Shown here piece by piece: positions 50,301-59,570 of a stretch of DNA of 64,000 nt. The DNA is from Candidatus Micrarchaeia archaeon. Lineage in GTDB: Archaea > Micrarchaeota > Micrarchaeia > CABMEP01. The stretch is taken from the NCBI GenBank assembly GCA_038886535.1, contig JAVZXS010000001.1:214259-278258 (forward strand). The letters are read 5' to 3'. The notes beneath the pieces were generated by a model. That model had not been told where the DNA came from. It saw only the letters and a list, made by a program, of their open reading frames with translations, and searched no databases. A program made the translations under genes and the position numbers. The stretch's first letter is position 1. The number at the start of each line of letters is the position of its first letter.

Positions 50301-50882
50301 GTACAGAGATTCCCATCTTCATTTTATGAAGCAAGCTGGAGATTTGCACATCCTTCTGAATGCAAGATTGAGATTGTTTCAGATCGATTAGGAAAGGAGA
50401 ATGAAAAGTATAATTTATGGTTCACCCATCATACTCCAGATATGAATAACGGTGCACTTACAACTCAATATGTATATCTTAAATCAATGAAAGACAAAAT
50501 AAGTGCACAATTAGGTTTGGCAAAGAAAATTGCTGCTGTAGATGCGAGAGATGCAGCCGAGCGTCTTATAATGAGTCACTTTCTCCCAGATCTCTATGGT
50601 AACCTGCGTTCCTTTAGCACACAGCAAGTTAGATGCGTGGATTGCAATACGAAATATAGAAGAGTTCCATTATCAGGAAAATGTACAAAGTGTGGAGGCA
50701 AGCTTCTATTGACTGTGAATAGAGGTGGAATTGAAAAGTATCTGAAGATAACTAAGAATTTGATAGATGAATATAATCTTCCAAATTACCTAAGACAAAG
50801 AATACAGCTTCTTGAAAGAGACATACAATCAATATTCGAAGATGAAACAAGCAAGCAATTCAACCTTGCAGAGTTCATGTAG
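47397..50882 (+). CDS. polC: DNA polymerase D large subunit DP2 (no intein)
   Basis: GPIRSAGGT, GGFRLRYGR, RMGRPEK, DGD catalytic motif, C-terminal Zn finger. Confidence 0.98.
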   Translation: MINSADEYMKLQISKIYEIATEARKKGIDPLDSVEIVPAPDLAARVEGIVGPKGIAEYIRSLPHDKSRTQIAFMAAEAVIEGKFGDFGGREKLIEQALRTGTAVLTEGVLVAPTEGISSVKIHQNQDGTEYLAVYYSGPIRSAGGTAAALSVLLADFLRRKIGLAEWRPTDTAVERYLEEMELYDARAARLQYKPSDDEFRHIVRNCPVCVTGDPTEDFEVGAYRNVPGIETNRVRGGMALVLCEGIAQKAAKVLGQAKKLGIDWSWLESVIKAPKAKEAKVTKIEPNPKYIEEVVAGRPVIAYPSRFGGFRLRYGRTRLSGLMAKGIHPATMIILDSFPAIGTQFKLERPGKGCVLTPCETIEPPVVRLKDGSVVRVESREHAEKIKDNVHTVLFIGDILVSYGDFLKSNSPLLPAGYNEEWWLEELRDAIELKQELKNIYSNIDPYKVDFDTALKISKETGIPLHPKFTFFWSNISNDEVKELIHWLSSGEWKSDLLNPLNPKELRVVYDPAKSILEKLLVPHRVERDQIIIEGDNAKSIFISLGLHPGQKPDKSLVNSILKRIDDYCLKLQPDEEKGIGSVDLVSILSGIKIRDKAGTWIGSRMGRPEKSRERHMKPAVHSLFPIGNAGGKTRNIIKAYKDAKARKLKYDVTVEIARMRCPYCGGLSFSRKCQRCGKQTKPERICSKCGKPSATEFHICSTVQTKPGKEIKSKTVFYDSRPINIVEIVEEAAAKTKVLPEEVKCVNGLVSELKIPEPLEKGILRAVHDVSVFKDGTCRFDATNVPVTHFYPREIGTPISKLRELGYTKDAYGNELKSEDQLVELLPHDMIVSERCLKYMARVARFVDDELVKIYGLPPYYNLKEDRDIIGHLVIELSPHTSCGIASRIIGTTKAHVCYAHPYLFAASRRDADGDENAIMLLMDGLLNFSKHYLPVTRGGQMDAPIVLMTHIDPSEVDDQVHALEVVQRFPSSFYEASWRFAHPSECKIEIVSDRLGKENEKYNLWFTHHTPDMNNGALTTQYVYLKSMKDKISAQLGLAKKIAAVDARDAAERLIMSHFLPDLYGNLRSFSTQQVRCVDCNTKYRRVPLSGKCTKCGGKLLLTVNRGGIEKYLKITKNLIDEYNLPNYLRQRIQLLERDIQSIFEDETSKQFNLAEFM

Positions 50883-50902
50883 TTTCTTTGTAAGGTGAAA
50901 AT

Positions 50903-52150
50903 TTGGTTTCTATAATCGCTATCCCTATAGTTATCCTAATTATTGTTTTATTTTTGATTACTCTCAGGCAACTTCTGAATCTTAATATAGAGATATGGCA
51001 GATAATGCTTTTAGGCGCAATTTCTGTTATAGCTTTAAATGAAATCTCTTTCTCTTCAGCAATAGAAAGTATAGATATGGATGTAATGTTATTCTTATTT
51101 TCTATTTTTATAATAGGTAAAGCCCTTGAAGAAAGCGGATACCTCTCCCATCTCTCATATTCTTTTTTGAAGAATTCAAGAAATGCAGAAGATCTTTTGT
51201 TTTTTCTAATATTGCTTGCAGGTTTTGGTTCTGCAATACTTATGAATGATACTCTTGCAATTATAGGAACACCATTAGTTCTGCATCTTGCAGAAAAGCA
51301 TAATTTGCCGAAAAAGATGATGCTACTTGCACTTGCATTTTCAATTACAATAGGAAGTGTAATGAGTCCGATCGGAAATCCACAAAATCTTTTGATAGCA
51401 ACTAAGGCTAATCTTCCCAATCCGTTCATTACCTTTCTTTACTATCTTTTTATTCCAACTTTGCTCAATCTTTTTATTTTATTTTTTCTTCTAAAATACT
51501 TTTATGGTTCAAACATAAAATATAAGCGAATCGATCATTACAAAGAGCCAATAAGGGATAGTTCTCTTGCGGTTTTATCTTTTCTTTCTTTAGTCTTACT
51601 TTTTATATTGATTATCATTTATACTTTATCATTTATTTTCCATTTTCAATTTCTCTCTTTAAGCCAGATATCTTTTATTTCAGCTGCCATATTAATGGTT
51701 TTTAGTAATAAAAGGTTTGAAATAATTAAAGGAATAGACTGGGGAACTTTGGTATTCTTTGCATCTATGTTCATTTTAATGCAAGCAGTATGGGATACAG
51801 GTACTATTCAAGAAGAACTTCAATACGTATCTCTTGATCTGTCATTTATTCCAGTGATTATATTCACAGGAATAGTAGTAAGTCAGCTTATATCCAATGT
51901 TCCATTTGTTGCTCTTTATCTTCCAATTCTGTTATCTAATTCTTTTTCTGAATCCTCTTTAATGGCATTGGCTGCTGGAAGTACAATAGCAGGTAATTTT
52001 ATGATATTGGGTGCAGCAAGTAATGTAATAATAATTCAGAATGCAGAAAAAAGAGGGGCTACTCTTACTGCAAAGGATTTCTTGAAAGTAGGAGTTCCTT
52101 TAACTTTGTTTAATGCGCTTATCTATTCTATTTATCTCATGATTGTTTAA
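50903..52150 (+). CDS. ArsB/NhaD/SLC13-type anion permease
   Basis: SAILMND, SPIGNPQN, ISNVP, STIAGN..ILGAASN. Confidence 0.9.
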   Translation: MVSIIAIPIVILIIVLFLITLRQLLNLNIEIWQIMLLGAISVIALNEISFSSAIESIDMDVMLFLFSIFIIGKALEESGYLSHLSYSFLKNSRNAEDLLFFLILLAGFGSAILMNDTLAIIGTPLVLHLAEKHNLPKKMMLLALAFSITIGSVMSPIGNPQNLLIATKANLPNPFITFLYYLFIPTLLNLFILFFLLKYFYGSNIKYKRIDHYKEPIRDSSLAVLSFLSLVLLFILIIIYTLSFIFHFQFLSLSQISFISAAILMVFSNKRFEIIKGIDWGTLVFFASMFILMQAVWDTGTIQEELQYVSLDLSFIPVIIFTGIVVSQLISNVPFVALYLPILLSNSFSESSLMALAAGSTIAGNFMILGAASNVIIIQNAEKRGATLTAKDFLKVGVPLTLFNALIYSIYLMIV

Positions 52151-52318
52151 TATCAACCTTAGGTAGTGCACAAGTACAACTATCTTATCTGTATAAGTTC
52201 GTCAATAAGCGATATATTTATAATATCTAATGTTTCATTAAATATTAATATTTGATTGGTAATATGCGATTCAGTTACGTTAGTGATTCGGTTATATTAT
52301 TTATCTAAAGGTGGATTA

Positions 52319-53005
52319 ATGGAAAAGTTAGCAAGAATGATAGCTGGAGAAATATTAATGTCTGATGATCCTGGCTCTGCGATGAAGAAATGGAGAGAGA
52401 TATTTGAAATAAGCCAGACAGATCTTGCTGAAGCTATGGATATAACTCCATCCACAATTAGCGATTATGAATCAAATAGAAGAGAGTCTCCAGGAATAAA
52501 GGTAGTGAAAAGATTCATAGAAACAATTATCAGAATAGATAAGGAAAGGGGTTCAAAGGTAATTCAAAAGCTGGCAATAGATGAAAAGCCTTCTGATGCG
52601 TTTGAAGTGAAGAATTTCTCATCCATACTTACAGGTGTTGACTTTCAGAAGATGCTTGAAGCAGTTCCTCTTGCGAATGCAGAGCTTTTAGAAAAGAAAA
52701 GAGTTTATGGTTATACGCTTCTAGACAGCCACAAAATAATTTTGGACTTTCAATACAATGATTTCCAAAAACTTTATGGTTCAATAAGTGAGAGAGCATT
52801 CATATTCACAAATGTCTCGAGCGGTAGAAGTCCAATGATTGCAGTTAAGTTAGCACCAATCAAACCATCACTAATTGCAATTCACGGATTAAAGAAGAAA
52901 GATGTTGATCCATTAGCAATCAAAATAGCTGAAAAGGAAAGTCTACCATTGCTTCTTTTAGAAGGAGATTTGAATAAGATAAAAGAAACTTTGCAGAAAT
53001 ATTAG
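52319..53005 (+). CDS. archaeal XRE-type HTH transcriptional regulator
   Basis: IAGEILMS..PG..MKKWREIF, STISDYE, FTNVSSGRSPMIA. Confidence 0.9.
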   Translation: MEKLARMIAGEILMSDDPGSAMKKWREIFEISQTDLAEAMDITPSTISDYESNRRESPGIKVVKRFIETIIRIDKERGSKVIQKLAIDEKPSDAFEVKNFSSILTGVDFQKMLEAVPLANAELLEKKRVYGYTLLDSHKIILDFQYNDFQKLYGSISERAFIFTNVSSGRSPMIAVKLAPIKPSLIAIHGLKKKDVDPLAIKIAEKESLPLLLLEGDLNKIKETLQKY

Positions 53006-53062
53006 ATGTTAAACAAATCCTTGAATCGAAAAGTTTAAATCATATTTATTTGTCTTATTTTT

Positions 53063-54193
53063 ATGGAAAATCTTAATCATCCTCAAAATTTCAAGAATCA
53101 AAACAAAGATGCGAATTTCTCTTTTGTGAGAGACTGTAAGTTTTCAAAATTATTGCCATCAAAAGAAGAGTTAAAACATTCACTTCTAGAAGCAGGAGTA
53201 ACACCTACAATAGAATATAAAGATTTTATAAAAATGAATTTTAAGATTAAAAATGATTCTCTTTCTGCTCAAACGTTATTAAGAAGATTTGGCGATGGAA
53301 AACGTTCTTCACAGAACCTTGCACGTCTTTTTAGCTGGATCGGTCTTACTTCTAAATATAATACTAATATCTATGATTATTCAGACCCAGCTATAATTAA
53401 GGCAATACTTCTTAATTCAAAGATAAACCTTCAAACAATAAAATTTAAGGAATTCATAAAGAAAGAGATTTGTACAGATAAGTTTATTGGAACAGGAAGA
53501 GAACTAATTATAGAATTTCAAAATTCTTTAATAGATAAACTGAAGAGAAATGAAAAACTTCCTAAAGAACTTTCTAACTTCATTAAAAAATTAAGATCAA
53601 AGGAAAGGAAGTATGTACCATTAAGATCAGGTTTTGAAACAATGCTTGAAATAATTGGGATTATAAATCATAATTATAGTTCAATAAGATATAAACCTGC
53701 TCTCTTAAGAAAGATCTTAGAGTCTTCAGGTGTTGATTTTGACAACTGGTTTGTTTCCATTGTTGATTTTTATAAAATGAGATTCAAAAGCAAAGAATTA
53801 AGGGATCTTGACAGAAGAAACAAGGGGACAATTAGTGGTCAGGCATTGGCAAAAAGGTTTTATGGAACAAATGCACTTAGAAACGAGCATATAAGAGAAA
53901 TCCTAATTACTGCAGGTTATAAACCGAAAAGAGTACTCTTTCCTTCTGAAATTAGAGATCCTAAAGTTCTTTCTCAGATAATAAAATCATGTAGACAGAA
54001 TGTTGACTTTACTAAGATAAGGTTCAAGGATTTCCAGAAGCTTGAGTTCGATTCGAAATATTTTATAGGAAAAGGGCATACGCTTCTAAAGTTGTATGGT
54101 AAGATACGTGCCACTGCTATGAGGGAGCTGCTTAGTAAGGTTGGAATTCTTAATCCAGTTCAAGTAAGTTGGAAGAAAAGAATCGGAAGGTAA
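53063..54193 (+). CDS. basic hypothetical protein with four internal repeats
   Basis: recurring units such as YKDFIKMNF...SAQTLLRRFG and FKDFQKLEF...GHTLLKLYG; BRE-TATA at 53027-53040. Confidence 0.75.
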   Translation: MENLNHPQNFKNQNKDANFSFVRDCKFSKLLPSKEELKHSLLEAGVTPTIEYKDFIKMNFKIKNDSLSAQTLLRRFGDGKRSSQNLARLFSWIGLTSKYNTNIYDYSDPAIIKAILLNSKINLQTIKFKEFIKKEICTDKFIGTGRELIIEFQNSLIDKLKRNEKLPKELSNFIKKLRSKERKYVPLRSGFETMLEIIGIINHNYSSIRYKPALLRKILESSGVDFDNWFVSIVDFYKMRFKSKELRDLDRRNKGTISGQALAKRFYGTNALRNEHIREILITAGYKPKRVLFPSEIRDPKVLSQIIKSCRQNVDFTKIRFKDFQKLEFDSKYFIGKGHTLLKLYGKIRATAMRELLSKVGILNPVQVSWKKRIGR

Positions 54194-54488
54194 AAAAAAT
54201 CAACCAATACAATTATAATTTCGGCACTTGACGAAAATGGAATTGACACATAACGAGATTTTTAAATCTTATGTTTGATAGTTATAATTACAGGTACATA
54301 TTTTATGTACTTATAGACTTCCATGTACCCAATTGGAGGCCATGAAATTGAATATTGTGGATAATGCTTTACATTGTTGTATCTGCATCTGTTGTATGCA
54401 GAAGATCTACCAATTGAAACTTGGAAGTGTCTCAAAACTATATTATACATTTTAAGCTTTATAATATAGATATTTATGAGGTGAATTC

Positions 54489-56480
54489 ATGAAAGGAAAA
54501 GATCAAGGTAATCCAAAAACACCAGAAAGAAATCCAAATCAAAAGCATTCATTACATTCAGAATCGAAAACAGTAGAAGGATTGCTTCCTAAAATAAAAT
54601 CGCCTGATGATTTAAAGAAACTTCCAATAAGTGAATTACCAAAACTTGCAGCTGAAATAAGAGATGTGCTATTAAAAACGATTTCAAAGAATGGAGGTCA
54701 TCTTTCACCAAATATGGGTACTGTTGAATTAACTATTGCATTGCACAGAGTATTTAACTCTCCAAAAGATAAGATTCTTTTTGATACGGGTCACCAGTCA
54801 TATACTCATAAGTTGCTTACAGGAAGATATGAAAAATTCCATACATTAAGACAGCCAGGTGGACTTAGCGGCTTTACAGATCCAAGAGAAAGTGAGCACG
54901 ATCATTTTATTACTGGTCACGCAAGTCCAGCTATATGTCAGGCAATAGGAATGGCAATAGCAAGGGATGAAAAGAAGGAAAACTATGAGATCGTAGCAGT
55001 TATAGGTGATGGTGCACTAACTGGAGGGGTAGCACTGGAAGGTCTTAATTATGGTGGATATGCAGGCAAGAAGTTTATTTTAGTATTAAATGATAATAGA
55101 ATGTCATATGAACAAACGGTCGGAGGTCTGCAGGCATACAACAATAGGCTTTCATTTGGAAACAGAATCTTTGAGAGCCCAATATACCACCAGGTGAGAG
55201 GAGACATTCATCTTTTATTAGATAACGTTCCAAGAGAAAGAGAAGAGCTTCATGCAGCAGTAAGAAGACTTAGGGAGGCGGCTCTTTCAGTGCTTACACC
55301 AGGGATAGTGTTTGAGGAACTTGGTTACAGATATCTTGGTCCAATAGATGGGCACAATATTCCTCTGCTGATTGAAACATTCCAGAGAGCAAAGCTTATG
55401 AAAGGACCAGTATTGGTTCATGTAATAACAACAAAAGGAAAAGGAGTTCCATTCGCAGAACCATCTTCAGATAAACACGGCAAGTACCATGGTTTAGGAA
55501 AGTTTGATCCAGAGTCTGGTGAAATAATAAAGAATCCAGGAACACTTTCACCATACTTTGAAATATTTGGAAATAAACTTATAGAGCTTGCTAGAAAAGA
55601 TAAGAGAATATATGCTTTAACTGCAGCAATGCCTATAGGAAGTGGTCTGCTTCCATTTTCAAAAGAATTTCCAGAAAGATTTATAGATGTGGGAATAGCT
55701 GAGCAAAGTGAGGTTACTATAGCATCGGGTCTTGCGAAGGGTGGAATGAGGCCTGTTGTAGCAGTTCATTCATCTTTCTTGAAGAGAGCAATTGACGAAG
55801 TAATATATGAAGTTGCATTACAGAATCTGCCAGTTGTGTTTGCATTAAATAATGCAGGTCTTGTTGATGATAATGCAACTCAACAAGGTCCATTTGATAT
55901 TGTTTATATGAGGATGGTTCCAAATATGGTTGCAATGGCACCTGCAAATGAGCATGAGTTAGAGGCGATGCTTGAATTTGCTTTGTCCTGGGAGAAAGGT
56001 CCATCTTCATTAAGATATCCAAAAGCTTCAATAACAGGCATGCCAAAGCCACCTGCAGAAGAATTAAAGATTGAGCTTGGAAAAGGAAAGATTGAAGTAG
56101 AATACGGCGAGGATGTAGCAATAATTGCAATAGGAAGCATGGTAAATGATGCAATAAAGGCAGCGGAGTTATTGAAGAAGAAGGGAATAAATGCAACTGT
56201 TGTGAATGCAAGATTCATCAAGCCTCTTGATGAACAACTCATAATAGATGTAGCTTCAAGATGTGGTAGAGTAGTAACTGCCGAAGAGGGGCATGCATTA
56301 GGTGGATTTGGAAGCGGTGTGTTAGAGGTTCTTGCACATAACAACCTTCAAGTGCCTGTCAAGGTATTAGCTATTCCAGATAGATTCTTTGACCATGGAA
56401 AGAGAACAGATATGCTTAAGAGTATCGGTCTATCAGCAGAAGGAATAGCAGAAGCAGCTGAAAGGTTAATTAAAGGCTGA
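54489..56480 (+). CDS. dxs: 1-deoxy-D-xylulose-5-phosphate synthase (divergent acceptor site)
   Basis: GGHL, DTGHQSYTHKLLTGR, GDGALTGG..LNDN, GPIDGH, KGKG, IAEQ. Confidence 0.92.
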   Translation: MKGKDQGNPKTPERNPNQKHSLHSESKTVEGLLPKIKSPDDLKKLPISELPKLAAEIRDVLLKTISKNGGHLSPNMGTVELTIALHRVFNSPKDKILFDTGHQSYTHKLLTGRYEKFHTLRQPGGLSGFTDPRESEHDHFITGHASPAICQAIGMAIARDEKKENYEIVAVIGDGALTGGVALEGLNYGGYAGKKFILVLNDNRMSYEQTVGGLQAYNNRLSFGNRIFESPIYHQVRGDIHLLLDNVPREREELHAAVRRLREAALSVLTPGIVFEELGYRYLGPIDGHNIPLLIETFQRAKLMKGPVLVHVITTKGKGVPFAEPSSDKHGKYHGLGKFDPESGEIIKNPGTLSPYFEIFGNKLIELARKDKRIYALTAAMPIGSGLLPFSKEFPERFIDVGIAEQSEVTIASGLAKGGMRPVVAVHSSFLKRAIDEVIYEVALQNLPVVFALNNAGLVDDNATQQGPFDIVYMRMVPNMVAMAPANEHELEAMLEFALSWEKGPSSLRYPKASITGMPKPPAEELKIELGKGKIEVEYGEDVAIIAIGSMVNDAIKAAELLKKKGINATVVNARFIKPLDEQLIIDVASRCGRVVTAEEGHALGGFGSGVLEVLAHNNLQVPVKVLAIPDRFFDHGKRTDMLKSIGLSAEGIAEAAERLIKG

Positions 56481-56602
56481 GTAGTGAAAAGTAGTAAATA
56501 CTAAAGTTAAGTAGTAAAAAGCAAACCGAAAAGTATATAAATATCTTTTACGTGTTTTTTTAGTCAATTACATCTACAATGTAATGTTCAATTGGTGAGA
56601 TA

Positions 56603-56794
56603 ATGGTTGTAAATAAAGCAAACACAAAATTTGACAAAGACGATATAAAGTCAATAGCAATAAACAATGCAGGTTATTGGGAGCTAGATGAAAAATCCTG
56701 TAATATACTTAAACAACAGGAAAAGAAAAAAGAAATCAAAGAATTTATGAGACTTCATCAAAAACAAATAGCTGAAATATTGAGATCCTGGTGA
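56603..56794 (+). CDS. small hypothetical protein
   Basis: GGTGAG SD; upstream CGAAAAGTATATAAA promoter-like motif. Confidence 0.6.
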   Translation: MVVNKANTKFDKDDIKSIAINNAGYWELDEKSCNILKQQEKKKEIKEFMRLHQKQIAEILRSW

Positions 56795-56855
56795 TTTTTT
56801 TATTTTGTTTAATATTTTTCATTTTCCATTTCTTATTTTCTTGTTCCTTTCTGAA

Positions 56856-57578
56856 TTAATTTACTCTAACAATAAACGTTGTTCTATAGAGTTCTTTTCC
56901 CTCTTTCATTGTCCATAGTTTTTTGCTTCTTATTATTTTTATTCCTAGCATACTTAATGCTTTAAAGGTGGATGCGGTCGAAGAGACATATAGATCTATT
57001 CCTTTTTTGAGCGTTTCTTTTTTGATGTAGATATCAGGTTGAACTTCCTGTAATCCATATATTATTTCATCAGTTTTTCTCTTTATTTTTGCTTCCATCT
57101 CTTTTTCTTCCTCATCAGTTTCAGCTCTCCAATTTTCTGGAGGCCTTATCTGAATAATGGCCTCATAATAACCTCTTACAGATTTTGTATGGACATCACA
57201 TAATGTGTATCTAATATCTAATGGTATCTCTTTTGTTATTTTATTTTTTTCATCTCCTTCAAAAATTATATCAACTATAGCAATTTTTTTGTTAAGATCA
57301 ACATCTTTACATTTAACTTCTGCACCACTTACCTTTATCATATTTTCAATTTGTTCCAGTATCTCTTTCCAACTTGTAACCCATGTTTTAGGATTGTTTC
57401 TAGCATTCATCTTGTCTTCATATTTGCATATCTGAAGAAGTATTTTTGAAGGAATTTTCATTTTTTTCTCTGCAAGAAAGTCATCAATGCATATGAAACC
57501 ATGAAACGCTACTTCCTTCTCGCTCTTTCCGCACTTTGGACATATTTTTTCCCTAAGCGATTTTCTTTCTTCTGCCAT
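56856..57578 (-). CDS. NMD3-family ribosome biogenesis protein
   Basis: CPKCG, YYEAIIQIR, GIDLY, G..LYRTTFIVR. Confidence 0.88.
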   Translation of the reverse strand: MAEERKSLREKICPKCGKSEKEVAFHGFICIDDFLAEKKMKIPSKILLQICKYEDKMNARNNPKTWVTSWKEILEQIENMIKVSGAEVKCKDVDLNKKIAIVDIIFEGDEKNKITKEIPLDIRYTLCDVHTKSVRGYYEAIIQIRPPENWRAETDEEEKEMEAKIKRKTDEIIYGLQEVQPDIYIKKETLKKGIDLYVSSTASTFKALSMLGIKIIRSKKLWTMKEGKELYRTTFIVRVN

Positions 57579-57628
57579 TCTTTTCACCAAATGCAACGCT
57601 TAACTAGATATGATTCCAATAGATGCAA

Positions 57629-57982
57629 TCACAGTTTTTTAATTATGTATTTTATCTCTTCTTTTGCTTTTCTTAATAGATCTCTTCCTTTTTCAGTTAT
57701 TTTATAATATCTTCTCCTGCCGGAATCATAACCTCGGATATAATCGTCTTCTTCAAGCTTATAAAGCACAACATAGGGTGTAACTAACCCAGGTTTAATT
57801 TCGTATCTCTTACTCATTTCCTTAAATATGCTATATGCGTGCATGTCTCTCTCTTTTAGAACTGATAGAATATAAATCCAAAGATTCTCGATTGTAAGAG
57901 ATCTTTTAAGTCTTTTCAATGGCTTTTCAATTTCATCTTTGCTATTACTTTTTCTTTTTTTAATTTTGAGTTGATTCGCCAT
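57629..57982 (-). CDS. PadR-family transcriptional regulator
   Basis: YVVLYKLEEDDYI, RRRYYKITEKG. Confidence 0.92.
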   Translation of the reverse strand: MANQLKIKKRKSNSKDEIEKPLKRLKRSLTIENLWIYILSVLKERDMHAYSIFKEMSKRYEIKPGLVTPYVVLYKLEEDDYIRGYDSGRRRYYKITEKGRDLLRKAKEEIKYIIKKL

Positions 57983-58120
57983 CTGATCACTATTCTAATT
58001 ATCAAAGGGAAGATTTTTATATTTTACATGCATCATATATTTTATTACAATAAAATATTTTATAATTAAAAAATAATCATTAAAATAGCTAAGATTTATG
58101 TAATAATTTAAGGTGAGATA

Positions 58121-59410
58121 ATGGCCAAAACTCAAAAAAACTCGAAAGAAAGATTAGGCGTGATGCTTGTCGGCTTGGGTGCGGTTAGCACGACATTTAT
58201 TGCTGGTAACTATATTTCATTGAAGCGTGGAACTCCATTCTATGGAAGTCTTACACAAATGCAGACAATTCGCATTGGAAAAAGAGAAGACAACAGATTC
58301 ATTCCAATAAAGAATTTTCTAGATCTCACTGACACAAAAAACTTTGTCTTTGCAGCATGGGACCCGATTCCTGATGACGCGTATACTGCTGCAAAAAAAG
58401 CACAGGTGTTAAATGAAAGTGATTTAAAATCGGTGAGAAACGAACTTCGATCGATTAGACCAATGAAAGCAGTTTTTGATAAAACTTTTGTTAGAAATAT
58501 AGATGGACCAAATAAAAAACAATACACATCCAAATTAGATGCAGCAAAGATGCTTATTGAAGACATAATTAGATTCAAGGAAAAAGAAAAGTGCAAACAA
58601 CTTGTTATAGTTAATTGTGCTTCTACTGAATCCTATCTTGAACCATCTTACATTCATTCAGATATAGAGCTTTTTGAAAAAGGATTGGAAAAGAATGCGC
58701 CAGAAATCTCTCCAGCAATGATATATGCTTATGCAGCAATTAAAACAAGAACACCTTATGCAAATGGAACTCCAAGCCTTGCAGCGGATATTCCTGCACT
58801 CATCTCTCTTTCAAAGGAACTAAAGGTTCCTATCGCAGGAAAGGATTTCAAAACAGGCCAGACATTTATGAAAACCGTTATTGCACCAGCACTTAAGGCA
58901 AGAATGCTGGGTTTGAAAGGATGGTTTTCTACAAACATATTGGGAAATAGAGACGGAGAGGTGCTTGCAGATCCTCTCTCTTTTAAAACAAAGGAAAAAT
59001 CAAAATTATCAGTTCTTGATTCTATTCTTCAGCCGGATCTCTACCCCAACCTTTATAGAAACTATCAGCATCAGGTCCATATCAATTATTACAAGCCAAG
59101 AGGAGACGATAAGGAAGGATGGGACAATATAGATATATTTGGATGGCTGGGTTATCCGATGCAAATAAAAATCAATTTCCTTTGTAAGGATTCAATTCTT
59201 GCAGCACCGTTAGTTTTAGATCTTATCTTGTTTCTAGATTTTGCAAAGAGAAAAGGTCTTTATGGTGTACAAGATTGGCTAAGTTTCTACTTCAAGTCCC
59301 CAATGACAGATGGCAAAACTGTAGAACACGACTTTTTCATCCAACATATGAAGCTGAAGAATATGTTAAGAAAACTAAAGAAAGAGAAGCTGATCACTCA
59401 TCTTGAATAA
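58121..59410 (+). CDS. ino1: myo-inositol-1(3)-phosphate synthase
   Basis: GLGAVSTT, GKDFKTGQT, STNILGNRDG, DNIDIFGWLG, DSILAAP, FYFKSP. Confidence 0.96.
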   Translation: MAKTQKNSKERLGVMLVGLGAVSTTFIAGNYISLKRGTPFYGSLTQMQTIRIGKREDNRFIPIKNFLDLTDTKNFVFAAWDPIPDDAYTAAKKAQVLNESDLKSVRNELRSIRPMKAVFDKTFVRNIDGPNKKQYTSKLDAAKMLIEDIIRFKEKEKCKQLVIVNCASTESYLEPSYIHSDIELFEKGLEKNAPEISPAMIYAYAAIKTRTPYANGTPSLAADIPALISLSKELKVPIAGKDFKTGQTFMKTVIAPALKARMLGLKGWFSTNILGNRDGEVLADPLSFKTKEKSKLSVLDSILQPDLYPNLYRNYQHQVHINYYKPRGDDKEGWDNIDIFGWLGYPMQIKINFLCKDSILAAPLVLDLILFLDFAKRKGLYGVQDWLSFYFKSPMTDGKTVEHDFFIQHMKLKNMLRKLKKEKLITHLE

Positions 59411-59570
59411 TCAATAACCTACGCTAACATGTGAATTAATATACTCTTCCGGAATTTTGATTGTCAGAGTTTTGATTATTTTAATCTATGGTTGATCTTT
59501 TTGATTGACTGCTTTTTAGCAAGAGCAAAGGCTTTAATATTCTCACTATAATTTATTATGTGGGGTCAGC

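Noticed and set aside
47397..50882. inteins in DP2 (also checked MCM)
   Set aside because: Normal lengths, continuous motifs and no LAGLIDADG or HN-C junctions
54340..54380. TPP riboswitch before dxs (GGATAATGC seen)
   Set aside because: Lacks the CTGAGA and ACCTGA core motifs
54262..54450. 62-aa minus-strand ORF
   Set aside because: Atypical composition and no SD; better explained as a structured non-coding region
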